Shown piece after piece: positions 27,139 to 41,750 of a stretch of DNA of 64,000 bases (its first letter is position 1; each line of letters begins with the position of its first letter). A program made the translations under genes and the position numbers. A model generated the notes under the pieces. The model was not told the origin of the DNA. It worked only from the letters and a program-made list of their open reading frames with translations, and did not search any database. This stretch comes from Marsupella aquatica (lineage: Eukaryota > Plantae > Marchantiophyta): assembly GCA_973895155.1 (NCBI GenBank), contig OZ316891.1, forward strand, positions 17,139,651 to 17,203,650. The letters run 5' to 3'.

Positions 27139-28861
27139 CACCTAAGTTACACGGGTATATTTTGGGTTTGCAACATCTCGACTTAAGATGACAAATTCGA
27201 CCATAAGTCGGGTACCTATGCTTGTAGCGGGTTGCCGATTCATAAAGAAACGAGGAACGAGAGGAGGAGGCAACAACTCTAAGGCAAGAAAGCAACAATG
27301 GACGGAGTGCACGGGGCGCCAGTTGGATTTCCAAATCACGTTGAATTTCAGTTTCGGGTTATGGAGAAAGTTCATTTTCGGCAATTCATCGTGCATCACT
27401 TTGGTGTGCGATTCCTTCGGGAGGTTGAAGAATCCGCTCAACCTTTGTTCTTACCCACGCTTACATATACACATAAGTGGGTTATATGTTTTTATATTTT
27501 AACATAATAGCTAGTTTGGTGATTCATCATGCCTAGTTACAAAATTTAGGCATCCTATGATGGGTTAGAGTGACGACAAAGCACTTCTAAATAAAGTATT
27601 GTGGGCTATATGAATAATTATCATAAACTAGAGTATAGGCCTACTAGGTGGCTTTACTTTTCCACTAGATTTGTGACATAGCAAAATATATAGGGATACG
27701 TGGCATACATGTGTAAAAAGGCCTTGCATGGTTGCATGTCCATTTAGAATCAAACACATGGCCAATTAGGTGTCGAAAGGAGGATACGCATGGAAACATG
27801 CCCAATAGCATCCAAACACCTTGTTGTTTACATGTTCAAATATTATTGGACCATGTGTACCAAAGGGGTGAGTCATTACCCCTCCAAAGCACTATAAATA
27901 AGAGGCCTGCCCCTCGGGGGTGGCATGGTGAGTTTCTTTGTTATTCCAAACTTATGTGCAAGAATAGTGTGGGGAGTATAAGAATTCATAGAATGTGCTT
28001 GGAAGCTAGAGATGTGACATTGTTAGAAAGTTATTAAATAGTAAAGGTTGTACTATATAGGAAATCATTATGATATATTTTCTTAGGGAAATAGTATTCT
28101 AACTTTGATCACCTTGATGAGCACACCAAGTTTGCTTTTGGAATCACTTGATTTTGGTATAATACTAGAAAGTTATGATGACTTGAAGGTTTAGATTATG
28201 CTCAAATAGAACCATATTTTTCTGAGTTTGAATATTGCTTATAATATTTTCCTAGAATAAGATGCATATTTAAATTTTTTTCCTGGAAATAGATAAGAAG
28301 CTATGTCATGCCTAGGAAAGTTTTTTGAGGGTATATCTATCTTTAAGTGAGATATAGAGTATGGTGACGGTGACAGGGTCTTCGTAGCCTGCAATCTAGA
28401 TAGGTCCACCATTTTTCTTTGTACCTGTTGATGGAGATAGAGTTTTGACTCAAACCTTTGAGGGATGATAGGATAGTAAATACTTGGCTTGTTTGATATG
28501 GTACAAAGGAAATTGACAACCGTAGGTGAATTTCCTATGTTCAAGAAGCTTGTACCGTGATTCTGAATTACAAGATGGACCTCAATAGAGTTCCTAGGCC
28601 TAATTTTAGTATAGATTGTAATGTTCGGGTGATATGTCGCCAAAAAACTGAGTTTCGAGCCTTCATCATCAGAAACTTTGGAGAGTCGGCATATACCATG
28701 ATCATTTCATCCCCGATTCCATTCGTTGTTCCCATGACAATTGAACGATTTCGGGCAATGATCGTAGTGTTTTATTAGCACGTCGTAGCGCATTATTCTT
28801 CCGACAGACAGAAGTCCGGGCTTTCCCGACATCGCCCATGAACTTCACGACAGCGTGCTAG
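27139..28861. other. Unclassified ~1.7-kb AT-rich non-coding insertion within LINE ORF1 (boundaries approximate)
   Basis: LINE ORF1-like coding stops at ~27138 and resumes at ~28862; the insert has an AT-rich core and GC-richer ends, ending CACGACAGCGTGCTAG. Confidence 0.5.
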
Positions 28862-31557
28862 AGGTTGGGACACGCTTTTGCCTCGCTCTAGAGGCCCATC
28901 GGTGGCTGCGGACCTTAATACGGTGGAGTTATTACTGGAACACATTGAGGTGGGGACTGAAGCTCAAACACCGACTAACAGCCCTGAACGGGAACGAGTG
29001 ATTGTTGCGGGAGAAATTTCTACCTCTCCGAAAACTCTGACCACCCTGCCTACTGAGAGGCTTGAGAACCGGCTTCTCTTATCTTATGTGCCTGCTCCTA
29101 AAATACTGGCTGGAGCAGGCATCTTTGTTCCGGCTGGAGCTGTTAGCTTGCCATTGATACCAACGGGGGCCATGGTTGTGCACTCTCAGAATGCTGACCC
29201 GAAGGCATTTTTGTACCATGGAGATTCTGATGTGGACCTAGAGATGTCCGAGTATGAAGAATATGTCTCGGGTAAAGGGAAGGAAAGAGTCCGGAAGCTG
29301 GATAAGCGGACGCCACCGCCTGCAAAGAAGGACAAGAACACTCAGGATGCTAAAAAGCAACATTCCCTACATTTCTCACCCGAAATTGTGTCGGATGCAG
29401 GGGTCATAAAGGGAGGGGAAGAGAGCGGAATGGAGGTTGAGCGGTCTACTGGATGGAGGTCTGTCCCTCAGGGGGGCCTGCTACTCCCCTATGATGGCCG
29501 GACTGACACAATGATGGAGGAAACTATTGCGGACACTCCACGACATTGGCAAGGCATAATCACTGTAAGAGATGGAAATGGTTCCTCTCCGGGAGGACGT
29601 GCACGCATTTAAGGATTGGCAACGTGCTATGCTTGTGGGTCGGAGGTGAGGTATAACAAGCCTGCTTCAGATTGCTTCCTGGAATGTCTGCGGGTTGTGT
29701 GAACCTAACAAGAAAATGGTAGTCAAGAACTGGATTGAATCACGGAGAGAGAAGATAGATATTTTGGCGTTACAAGAAATCAAAGCAGACCAATTCCGAC
29801 TTGATATTGCTCTTAGGGCTATTCTGCCGACATATCACCACCTCACTTCTGTACCGGATGAGGGCAGGGGAGGGTCTGCTCTGCTAATCCACCCTGACTT
29901 GAAGGTACTGGCAACGAGAACAATTGACTTGGGAAGGGCTGTATGGGCCATGGTCGAATCAGATGGAGGCAAATTTGGTATGGTCAGCATCTATGCTCCT
30001 AACTTGCCTAGACTAAGGGCTTGCTTATGGCATGAGCTGAAATCACTCCTCCCCCAAGGGAACTAGATACTTGGTGGAGACTTTAACATGACTGAATTCA
30101 TAGAGGACTTGAGTGGCCTATCACCTCTGCTTAAAGGTCGGGAAGCTGAGTTTTGGCGTTTTCTGAAAGTTTGACTGGACCTAGCAGATGCACTGATGAT
30201 CAAAGGTGAGGTCACTGGCTCTCGATTTACTTGGCGCAGATGCAGGAACGGGGTAATTGTGCAGTCCCGTTTGGATCGTTTCTATTTCAGTGAAAAAGGG
30301 GAATGGTTGGAGGACTTACTAGAACCGATACATGATGGAGGGTCAGCACTTTCTGACCATGATCCTGTGGTGCTACAACTTTGACTGGGAGCCAGAGAGA
30401 TTACCAGTTGTCCTCCGGGTGGGCAGGTGTGGTTTAAAGCAAACCCGGCAGTGGTCAAAAACAAGGATCATTTGAAGGCATTGGAAGGGGCCTGGAAGCT
30501 AGAGAAAGGTGAATGTGCAGAGCCGTTGCTGGCATTTGAATGGGCGTCCTATCAAATGCGCAAAATGTACCGTTTAAAACATGGCTCCCCTAAAGCCAGG
30601 GTGGAAGAGATGAACGCCCTATAGGATCGATTATGGACTCTAAAGGAGTCCATGTTGGAGGACAATTCGAAGGAAGATATGAGAGAATACATAGATGTTG
30701 AGGACCTCTTGCATGCAGCGGAACTGGAAGAGGCACATGCTGGACGACGACTAGCACGGATCAAATGGTTGGGGGAAGGAGAGGAACCCACCAAGTTCTA
30801 TTTTTCTACGGTAAAAGCTAAGCGAAGCAGGGAAGCTATGAGATCTCTTATCACTGAAGGAGGAGTGGAGGTCACTAAGCCAGTTCAAATCCTGAAGGAA
30901 GTAGTACGACACTGCCTAGAGCTGTATGCCCCCTGATCTTACTGAAGGCGAGCGTGGGGAGATGAGGCGAGCTAGGAGTTCACTCCTTGCTCACACTCAT
31001 CACACATTAATTTACGCTGAACTGACCAGACTAGAAGTGCTCCCCAGTGGCAAGGAAATTAAGGATACTCTCTGGCTGATGCCTTCTGATAAGGCCCCCG
31101 GCCCTGATGGAATGACGGCCGAGGTCTATCAGGCTTGCTCGGACTTTATGGAGATGGATCTCATAGCCATGATGCAAGTGTTCTGGCTGTCTGGTAACTT
31201 AGTTGCTAGCATCAAAGATGGTATCATCAAATTTATCCCCAAGAAACTGGATAAGCAGTTCTTGAAGGACTGGAGGCCCTAACAATGTTGAACACCATTT
31301 ACAAGCTCATTGCCAAAATATTGGCTAATAGGCTAATGGTTCTCCTCCCTAAGCTGATTAATGCACAGCAGATAGGATTCATTCCTGGCAGGAATATTTT
31401 AGAAAACATCTCATTGGCCTGGTTAACCTGTGACTGGGCAAAAAACAAGAAAAGGGAATCCTTGTTTCTCAAATTAGATTTCAAAAAAGCATTTGATAGA
31501 GTCAATCAAGAGTACATCTGGGAGACCATGCACTTGTTAGGGATTGGCAGGACTTCA

Positions 31558-34500
31558 TGTGGTGCGTCCCATGGCGCCCAAAACCCAAGAAACCCCCCGG
31601 CACAAGGCGATTCCCGTAGGTTTCGTCCTCGACGAGGCCGTTTCCACGGCTTAGCAGCATGGGACGCTGCTAATCTCCTCTACTACTACGATTAACATTT
31701 TACACACATATACTGGACAGATCCTTCATCGGGTCATGAGATACTTAGCCGGCCTATTCTAGGCCCTCCCTTGTATTCCTCTCCTAGTCTTCCATTAGGT
31801 ATGTTTGGATTCCGCCGCCGGAATGATCCCCAATTGGCTTGGTTAAGCCGCTAAGACCTCTCTCAGCTCGACACATCCATCTCTCACTCCCTTGCTACTT
31901 CCCTTCATTGATGTGGGCACTCTTCACACAAGTTAATGCGACACACAAATAGCAAAATGACTCCTTCTAACTGAGTTATACCATGCACTTGCCATACAAA
32001 CAGTACATCTCATACACAAGCTCTGCGAACTAAGCCATGAGGCCAACTCTATTCAGTTCTTAGGTATGAGGAAACATGAATATACACAAGGGTCACTGTA
32101 TAACTAACCGAGAGCTTCTCTTACTACTTGATCCCAGCCCTGCTGGTGCAACTAAAAACTTGCTAAAGAAGAGGCCCTTAACTCCCCGCAGCCCAGGTAC
32201 TTATCCTGGTTGTGATCCGCCTGATTCCTTGTAGCGTAAGCCTAATCTACTTACTGTAATCTACCTAACTATAATCTACCTATGTACAGCGAGATAGGAG
32301 CACAAGTGTCGCCCTCACTCGTGGATCCGCAATCCCTCTAATCTAAGTGTCAGGGCCGTCTCCTGGTCCTGATCCTTAGTCTAAACTTGGAGATCAGCGC
32401 CCGCCCTGCCCACTCACGCCTCCTACCTCCACGTCCGCCCTCCCTAAAAGGGACGGCTCCCTTACACCATCACGACCCTGGTGGCTGGTCCTCAATGGAC
32501 GCCCCCAACGCTTCCTCTGCAGCCACTGCCGTTGGTCAGTCCTCTAACAGATTACCTGCCCCGGACCGAGTCAACTCTTCATCGGCTTGACTGGGTCCAC
32601 CCTCGGCTTGGGCCTCAGCATCGGCCACGGCCTCCCCGACATGTTCTAGTGGAGGATCTGGTACCTCGGCTTCATTATTGGTTGTCCTGGCCTCGGCCTT
32701 GCCATCCCCACTTCCTAGGACTGGTGGATCCACCGCCGTGCCGATGCCGGAGGTTGGTGCCGGGTTTATCTTCTCGGTCACAACGGCTTGAGAAGCAGTA
32801 TAACTCCCAAACCTAGAAGGTTTCCGCTTCTTCTTCTTCCCTATTTCGACAGCCGGTTCCTTCCCCTTGCCACTTACCTCCGGCACCGGGGTGAGTGTCT
32901 CGGCTTGTCCTTTGGCCAATACTACCCCTGGTAACTAGGTTGCCCCAATTGGAGTTGGACCTGATGAAGCCAAGCATTTAAATACTGCGGCTTGTTTCTT
33001 CAGCCGCTCCGTTTGGTTGTCGGCCCGCCGCTGTAGGTTCTCCATCTTCCTCGTGATTTCCTCCAACTCCTCCTGGGTCTCGTCCAGGTCCTTGCGCGCC
33101 TCCTCCAGCTCCTTTCCGGCTTCCTCCAATTCTTTCTTTAAGGTAGCCCTCTCCTCCTGGGTTGCTCTTAGCTCCTTGTCAAGCTCTACTACGACCATAG
33201 ACTTCATCTTATTCATCTTGGCATAAGTCTGGTCGAGCTGGTTGTCCTTTTCATGCAGGTCGGCCTTGAAGCTGGCCGTCAGGGATGCAAGCTCCTGCTG
33301 CAGTGCAATAATCCCTTGATAGGATTTCCCTAACTCTGCTTCCTTCTGCTCAAGGGCTCCGCGGATATCTTCGAGCTCTCCTTTCAACGCCCTCTCCCTT
33401 CTCTGAGTCTCCGCCATGGCCCGGTTGTTGGCGGTTAAGTGGGCCTCCTCTGCGTCCCTTAGCTCCCGCTTCCATTTCTCTCTTTCCTTGACTGCGCCGG
33501 CCAACTCTCCTTGGGTCCGAGTTAGTTTTTCTTTGATAATCTGATTGTCAGACTGAGCGGTATCCAACTACCCCTGCATGATGTTTAGCTCATGCCGCTT
33601 AATCTGCAGCTCATCTTGGGCTTTCTTGGCCACCTGCAGGACTTCCACCTCGGCTTCCTTCTCCCTAAGCCGTCGGATGACCTCGTCCTTCTTGCTTCTC
33701 TCCAAAGATGGCTTCTTCTAATCGGTGCTTCTCCAACCTCTCCCTCTGGAAGAAAGGTCCCTGCTCCAACTCCTCCCCAAAGCTGCTGAGCGCCAGGTCC
33801 CCACACATCTCCCCGTACTCCATGGCTCTATCTTTAGCATAGGTGGAGTAAGTAGAAGTCATCGGCAACAACCACCTCGGCCTCTGTTCCCAAGCTGCCT
33901 TGCGAATTTCTTCTACGGTGGCAAGAGGGTTGCTTTTTTTTTTCGGCAAGCCGCTTGATGTCCTCCGGCCAATCTCCTCCTGGTAAATCTTTCTCTAGCC
34001 AGGGCTGCCCTCTCTTCCTCCCTGAGTCGCTCCTGAAAATCTTGTGTCGTCTGCTTTATGCCGTCAAAGCTCGGGGGAGCAACCTCTGGTGGGGGAGACT
34101 CGGGGCTACTTTGCTGGGTGGGGTCCCCTCGAACTACTTTTGGAAGCATGGGGATAAATCGGCCATAGGTCCTTACTCCTGGAACATGATGATCCGACCC
34201 ATAGCTGGAGTTATCATTACTGTAGTCCTCCACCGCCTCCTCCACTGCTTGGACTCCCTGCTTCCCCCTCTGTTCCCCTGGTCCTGCCGTGAAAATGGCC
34301 TCACAGATCCGGGCCCTTGTTCCTCCTCTGGGTTCCAGGCTGTCCTCTCCCTCTGCTCTCCGTGGGAAGGAGCCTTAGGCTGCTCTGCCTCCGATTCAGG
34401 GCTTGAGGCTCCCACATACATTCGCACTCCCGGCTTGTGTTCCGGCCTCCTTCTCTCCTTGGCTCCGGTAAAGGGGTTTTCCCTCCTGAGTCGGCTTAGG

Positions 34501-36273
34501 CCGGCCTCTGGGGCAGTGTCCTGTACCGGTGCCGGTGCCGTTGCCGTTGCTGGTGCCGTTCTCTCCTTCTCCAGCATTTTCAATAGATTCTGCATGCCTG
34601 ATTGCTGCATCGGCAAGTCTTCTTTCCTTGCCCGAAACACCTGCTCGATCATAGGACTGACAGGCTGGTTGGGCTCTTCTGTTGTCGGCCTTTGCTCCGG
34701 AACCTCCTCCGGTGCCCTTGCCGATAGGGGAAGTATTGGGGCAAAGATTTGACTTCTGGCATACCGGCACAACAGCGGCATGTGATAGCCAAGTTGGGAC
34801 ACGCTTCCCACGCCGATCACCTACTGTTCCTCCTTCAAGATTTTCTTTAGTTAGTTGAGGAGGTACCCGTTGTAATCCCGACTTGGGTCTAGCCTTTCTG
34901 CCAGGTAGACCTGAGCCTTGCCGATCTCTGCCCTCGGCAAGTTACAATGCATGGTCACCCGCAAGAAATCAATCATCTCTCCGATGTGCGGGTTGGTGCA
35001 GGTGTTCCGGAAGAATCCATTCTTCATTGATGGTCCTGGGAACGACCGGAACTCCTTGTCAGGTAAGGTCTTCCTGGTATCAACCTTGGTCTTATTACCC
35101 ATCGGCAAGCCAAACACCTCGGCAATCACCCAGGGAGTGAGATAGAAATCCTTCCCATACACCCTCGTGGAATTGGTCTCGGGTTCCCATGATCCCACGA
35201 ATTCTAATAAGTCTAAGTCCGGCACCTCCGGCTTCAGCCATGGTAATCTTACGAAGGCTTCCAAGCCGGATCCGGCCATGAAGCCCTGGTACTTCTTGGT
35301 CTGCATGGCCGTAAAGCATGCATCCTCCTCCCGTGCAAAATGTAATTGCACTTCCTCTGGTAGGGTCGCCGCCCAGCCTTTCCAGGTGTCATCATTTGTT
35401 GGAATGGCATTGATGGGATCAACCTCCTCCTCTTTGGCTTCTCCCTGCCTCCTGTTCTGCTACTCTGCTGGATTCCTTGGTGCCGCTGACCTCATTTTTT
35501 TTCCGGGGTGGCCTCTTCGTTGTTGTTTCCTTTCCTCTCCATCTCGGCTGCCGTGGATGTTTCTCCTAGCACAGTTGCCTTTGTCCACCCTTCCGTGCTA
35601 CCCTTCAACTCCCAGTGCACGTCGTTGCAGCGGTTGATGGCTTCCTGAATGCCGACGATTTTGTCTTCACAAAACAAAAGGTCATCGAGCTGATTGGCAG
35701 TAGGAGTCCACAAGAACTCAGCCTTGATGAGTTCTCCTCCTAAGAAGGCAGACTTCTGCAACTCCCATAGTCGAGCGAGCTCCTGCCATTCTCAAGCTGC
35801 TCTCTCCGATTCTTCGTCCTCGTAAGTCCCAATGTACTCAGTTGCCCGTTCGAACAGGCATCCCCAAAAATGTGTCGCTTGATTGACGTTGCTCATACCC
35901 TCCTTGACTCGATCGTTGGTATCTGTTCCCACCCAGAGTGCTTGCATAAGTAGGTGACAATATTTGGCCTCTCGTAGTCGTCTGCCCAGTTTGTGCTTGC
36001 AAATGAGCCACTATTCCTCAAGAGCGGTCCTTACCCCACTCCTCCTCTGGTCTTCCTTCCCGTTGGTCACCCCTAGCCGCCGACGCTTAGCGCACCCTAA
36101 CCCTAATCGTGTTCTCTCCCCCGACGTCCTTACTTCCGGCCTCGGCCCGGGTTCCATAGTCACCCTTAATTGTTTATATTTTCCTTGTCTTGTTACTATA
36201 CTAAGGTGTTTCCAGGGTACACTCCTGCTTTTACCATGTAAACCGGCCTAGTGATTCCTGGCTAGGCATCACA
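31558..36273 (-). mobile_element. 4.7-kb TG..CA element with 5-bp TSD (giant solo-LTR-like) inserted in LINE RT
   Basis: Ends TGTGGTGC / GCATCACA; TSD CTTCA at 31553-31557 and 36274-36278; LINE RT continues on both sides. Confidence 0.85.
32536..35896 (-). pseudogene. Long decayed gene: plant-mobile-domain-like region plus long coiled coil
   Basis: GLEAFVRLPW..LLEFV..LTPWVIAEVFGLP..KNGFF (34851-35351); heptad-rich 32935-33567; fragments collinear on the minus strand. Confidence 0.6.
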
Positions 36274-39200
36274 CTTCATTTCATCATGTTAGTCTAGGCC
36301 CTGCTAGCTGAAGCATCATCGCGGGTACAGGTAAATGGATTGATGTCTGAAACCATTGGGCTGAAAAGAGGTGTTTGACAGGGTTGCCCACTTTCACCCT
36401 TACTCTTTGTCATTTCCACACAGCCTCTTATGGATCTCATGGATGCAGAACTACTGGCAAGGACTAATGGGGATACAGATATCGGCGGAACTGACCCTTT
36501 GTTATCGATTTTTTGCGGATGATCTAGGAATGCTAATCCCGGCTGCAGAGGAGAGCTTTCACATGGCCACAACAGTGTTGCATTGTTATGAATCTGCAAC
36601 TAGTGCTAGACTTAATCTACGCAAGTCTGTGGTCATACCATTGGCAATGATTGCTATTCCTAGGTGGTTAACAAACACTGGATGTGTGATTAGTAAGCAA
36701 GGGGAGCTGCAAAAATACTTGGGTGCTCCACTGGGGGTGGAACTATGGACCGATCATCTCCACCGCTTTGTTCTTGATAAGATTGGTGCTCGCTTGTCAT
36801 CTTGGGCAAATAAGCTGTTGTCATTTTCTGGGAGGGTCCTCTTGATCAGACATATCCTACGGGCCATACCCGTCTACCATTCGATGTTTCTGAAAGCCTC
36901 GGAGGGCCTGGCGAAGAAATTGATAGCACTCTGTCCGGATTTTCTGTGGGGCTACAATTCTGAAGGAGGCAGAAGAATACCTCTGGTTTCTTGGGCTAGA
37001 ATGGTTAGGCCTAGGATGGAGGGGGGCTTGGGGCTGAAAGACTTTTGCTGCCACTCGGATGCTCTTCTCTCGAAATGGTTCACTGGAGCATTGGACTCCC
37101 CTCACTCGGAATGGGCCTGCCTCTTTGCAGAAAATCTGAAACTGGTCAGTTGGCTGAATTATAAGTGGATCAGGAGGAACCAGTATTCTTTCAAGGATAA
37201 GATGTTGCTCTGCTTTCCCCGAGCATTCAATGGCCTCACATACACTGGAGGGTTATGGAAGCTTGGATACAATTACGCCCTAATTTGGTCTTTGCCCCCA
37301 TGGATCTTATGCCTGGTAGGTGGAATGTAATGGACACAATTCGCTGCCTTCGGGGCTTTCAGTCTTGGCCGAATGCGGACTTCACAATGGTAACCGTGAT
37401 TTGTGGCCGTTTGGGCATTTGCTGCCTCCAAGATCTATGGTCAGCTGAGTTGAGAACATGGCAGGATTTGTCTGTGCAACTGGCACATATTAGAGGATTC
37501 ACTACACGTGAGCGTGGCTGTTGCAGAGAGTTTCTGGAGAAGGTCTCAGAAACTGATGGCTGTAGCATGCACTATGTTACTAGAGCCCGCTGTTGGCGAT
37601 GGGCGGACCGTCCGGCCCTGATGAATGCTTTTAGACTCACCAATAGGAGGGCCTACTCTATCCTTTGCCCTACTGTAGAGGATTTTCTTAGCTTGAACCG
37701 CACTTGGGGCAACACAAAATCAGCTGAGGAATGGAAGGAGGCCTGGACTGGACTGTGGAGGTCTAACCTATCCTCACGGGCTAAAATTTTTGTTTGGAGA
37801 GTCCTGGCCTCAAGATTATTTACGGGAGTCCAAGCGGTTCGCATAGGCAAGGGAGATGGATTTTGCAAGCTGTGTCACGGTGTCACTGAAACCATCCCCC
37901 ACCTCTTTGCTCAGTGTGAGCATGCGCACAAATGCTGGGCCCTAGGTGCTCGGTGCTTCCACGACACCTTTCCTGATTACTCGAGTAGGCTACTAGCCAT
38001 GTTGGATCTGACAGTTGGCAGAGAACACAGCACAATTGCTAATCTTTTCATCTTTTACCAGATCCTCTGGTCATTATGTTTAGGACAGAATGTGCATGAG
38101 TTTCAGACAAATGGCTGCAGGAAATTTGATCTTCAATTTATACTATCGGAAGCAGCTGACCATGTTACTGCGGTGGGTGTGAGCTTGCCATTTGGCAGGC
38201 GTCGCACCAGATTGATGCGTGTCAAAGAACTTATCAATCAAGAGCGAGTTGTGTGGCTAAATAGCCGTTAGGTGCGGATCACGTCTGGCTGAGGTTATCT
38301 TTGGACCTCATGGATGTAGTCTATTGATGCCTTGGCTCATGACTGTTAGCGTGGACATTTGTGATAATTTTATAGCTGATTAGTCTATCGTGCTCAGTAC
38401 TGGCCCCTGGTTTCTGGCTGCTGGCCCAGGCATATGAGAGCTTAGTTTAGTTGGTTAGTTCGCCTTGCTAGGTATTGGCCTCTGAATTCTGGTCGCGCAT
38501 GGCATGCTTGGCTTGTTGCTGGCACTTGTCGCCGATTTTTGGCAAACACAGTTTGCTTCACTGGCTGTCCTTTATGTGGCGCACGACTGCTTCTGGTTCT
38601 TTTGGTGTTGTTTGCGGTGTCCCCCTGCCATGGGGTCTTTCGTGGCTACATTAATAAACAAAAAACAAAATTTCAAGGAAAATCCGTTATTTTCTATCCG
38701 AGCCCCTTTTGAGCCTCAAGCCTTTGCTTTCCCAAGTCAGCATTCTCACAGAATCTGTCTTTTGAGCAGCCTTTTTTGCATAAGAAGGCAAGACAAACGG
38801 CTTCTCCGGGGTTTCCATTGCATTCCTAGCAACTTTCCTCCGTAGTTGAAAGCGCTTCCAAAGATTCCACTCAGACCTGGAAAGTTGAATCAGATATCTT
38901 TAGTCGGATCCGAGAAAATGGTGGAATTTTGGAGACACTAACGTCACCCTTAAAAAGAAAAAAAAGACAAGGAAGCTAAAGATCATTACTCAGAAGACTC
39001 TTCACTATCTTCAGATTTAGAAGACCCGAAGTTCACCATTTTCTTGGAGGCATCATCATCTTTGGACTGTTGAGTACCATTGCCTCCATCATTGTCCTCG
39101 TTAAAATCAAAATTAAGAACAGCACGGAGTCTGTCTTGCTTCTTACTCCCCACCTGCCGGTGCAGAGGCATGGACGTGGAGGCCTCTTTGTTCTTGAGAA

Positions 39201-40937
39201 GTCCAAAGAAAACTTTTGTGGCAGTGTCAAGAAACTCTTTACGATTTTCAATCCCGACTACAAACCTCCCACAATGATCTCGAGCAACAATGTACTTCCG
39301 GCCCCGACAATCCAGTCCATGACAATATCCCCAGGGAGGGTAATTAATTCTAAAACTGACTGCATGAAACCCACAGGCAGCCTTGAATTCCTAGCAAACG
39401 CAAGCTCCGGCAGAGGATCATTTTTTGGCACGGGAAAACCAATGAGATTGGTTATCGAAGGATCCTCTGTATGTGAAAGAGGGCAAAATTTGGGATCCTT
39501 CGGGACCCTACCTTTGGGCAAAACATGCCCAAAAACATTGAGAGTGAGCGTAAAAATCTGCACATCAAATAACGTTTTGTTCAGAATAAACATCAGATAC
39601 TTCGTCAAGAATATGGAAACCATTCATGAAGAGGATATGCCACACTAGCGCCTGGCGCTAGTGTCACCGTCAATCTCCAAAGGAGGACACAAAACAAAAA
39701 CTCTAGAATAGCTCCACGCGCTATTATATGTACCTGCATATCCGAGCAAGGCCTCTACATTGGAGTGCCCATCACAACATTGTGTGTCGAGATACACTGA
39801 AATTTCTATGAATCTTGACAAGCTGCAATGACTTTAGAGACTTGGTCATAGTCGCCCCTGTGCAAAATCGCTAGCAATCCATCATCCGCTAGGAAAGGAT
39901 CCATTGTTCTGAAGAAGGCACTTGGAATCGTATAATCTTGAAGGTTCCATTTAGGAACCTTCCTATCCACAAGTGTTGGTTTTAACCCAGTCGGAAGATA
40001 TATGAAACCAGCATCAACTCCAAAAGCTCTTTCCTTTCCCCCTCGGACAACCCCTTTTGCTCGATCCCTAGACTTCACCAGCTCTTTCCCCCAACCTTCA
40101 ATATTAGAAACCCAATCCGGCTTTTCTCCCTTGTTAAACAGGGGATCAAAACATCTGTAACACTCGACTCCACAAAACAATGTTGAGTACACTTTTGTTT
40201 GAAATTCTCCACATCTCTCTGCAATCCAGTAGACGCAACTGAATCTCGGGAAGAAGATCCAAGCCTATCATCAAGTGGTCCTCTCTTTTTCTTCTTCTTC
40301 ATACTTGCCGCGTCCACTGGAACCACTGCCTTTCCACTCTCCCCAGGGGTTCCCGAATCTGGTGTATTTTCTGCACCAGTGTTAGCTTCAGAGGCCTGAG
40401 GAGTAGCATCATCTTTTACATCAGCGGTGGCATCCGACTTCCTTCCCCCTGAAAGACAGAGATACGTTACTAAATGGAACTAGTTCTCATAATAGCGCTC
40501 GGCGCTAGTATCAATTGGAGAGAAATATGTCATACGAACAAGAGCGAGAATCCCTTACTGAATCCTATGAGGCATACTTATGTTTTTTAAGAGATCGAGT
40601 TGATTCACTGGGAGCTGCAGATTCATTCTTGGCCTTCACTCTTGGCTTTCGGCTCTGATCAACATGCATGACATCTGTCTCGCATTTCTTCTGCAGCTCA
40701 GTTGTCAACACGTCCACTTCAATCGCAAGACCCTACTTCATTTCCAAGACATACCTTGCTGGGATTTGCAACTTTTGCAACTTCATGAAAGCGTCTTTCT
40801 CCACCTTGTCGAAAGGCAGATCCCATTTGTCAGTGTCTAAATACCATGGGCAGTGGAGTCTCTCCCACTCTAACAAGGCTTGGGGTGGAAAATTTCCCTC
40901 AGTTCGGTACATCGAATACAGATCAACAAGATGGTCA

Positions 40938-40990
40938 CCATCTTTTATCATCACCCATCTTTTATCATCACCCATCTTTTATCATCACCC
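40938..40990. repeat. 3 x 17-bp tandem repeat CCATCTTTTATCATCAC
   Basis: Read directly; sits at the deletion junction of copy A. Confidence 0.9.
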
Positions 40991-41750
40991 ACTGGTCTTG
41001 TGGCATCTTGTGTGTATACCAAGAACCCTTGCGAGTCTTCTTTCAAATGGCTTCAAACTTTGCATAACTTGTAGCATCAATGAGGGGTTTGTAGTGCTCT
41101 AGGTTGCGTGATAAAAGACAAGAGATTTTGTCGGCATCAAGAATCCAAGACGGCTCGACCACAACTTGTCCCAAATTACGTCAAAATCTAAATGGAAATT
41201 AGCAGCGTCGGGCACTAGTAAAACACCAAATATAATATCACATCAAAAACCCATCTTGAACTAGTAAGTCATATTAAATGAGGTTGTCCTGAACAATGAC
41301 TTACTGGTTGACAGCGTGCATGGCAGCCTCGAGCTCCACGAGGGAACCTTTATCTCCATTGAAAACAATGCAAGTCACACGAGGGTGGTACTTAATGTTG
41401 TCCGGATGCTCTGCTGTCACAATCAACCACGAATACAAATGGTGATTTCCATCAAAGACACAAAACATCTTGTCTTTCAAAAATTTGAAATCAAGATCAG
41501 CGTCACACTCTTCCTTGAACTTGTCATTCTTGGCCACCCAAATTGGGTCCCAAGAGGCTCTAATCTCATTAGTGCAAATTTGTGGAACCCCATCCGTATT
41601 TGTTGGCTGTACGTAAAATGGCATGCCCATGCGCGAATTGTATCTAGAAATCCGGAATGACTCCTTCAATTTGTCGATGGAGGCACTTTGCTTCTACAAC
41701 ATCCGCACCACTTCCATATGAATCAATCGACATAGAGGAATTTGTGGAGG

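Larger units (their letters stand above)
29670..38271 (+). pseudogene. LINE ORF2 (EN, RT, zf-RVT) interrupted at 31558-36273
   Basis: ALQEIK, SIYAPN, SRLDRFY, SDHDPV, KAPGPDG, DWRP, KLDFKKAFDRV | FFADD, KYLGAP, KIFVWR, CKLC..ETIPHLFAQC. Confidence 0.9.
18600..38678 (+). mobile_element. Second L1-clade LINE of the same family, split by three nested insertions (5' boundary approximate)
   Basis: ORF1 pieces 19400-20508, 26918-27138 and 28862-29612; EN/RT 29670-31557; RT/zf-RVT 36274-38271; A-rich tail at 38653-38670. Proteins align with LINE 9487-16540 (e.g. CYFTDRPPMLP, RIREDIIIWQP, KCNKKGHLARECRE). Confidence 0.88.

Noticed and set aside
33955-34752. 265-aa plus-strand ORF and similar antisense ORFs
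   Set aside because: They are shadows of the minus-strand gene in GC-rich sequence.
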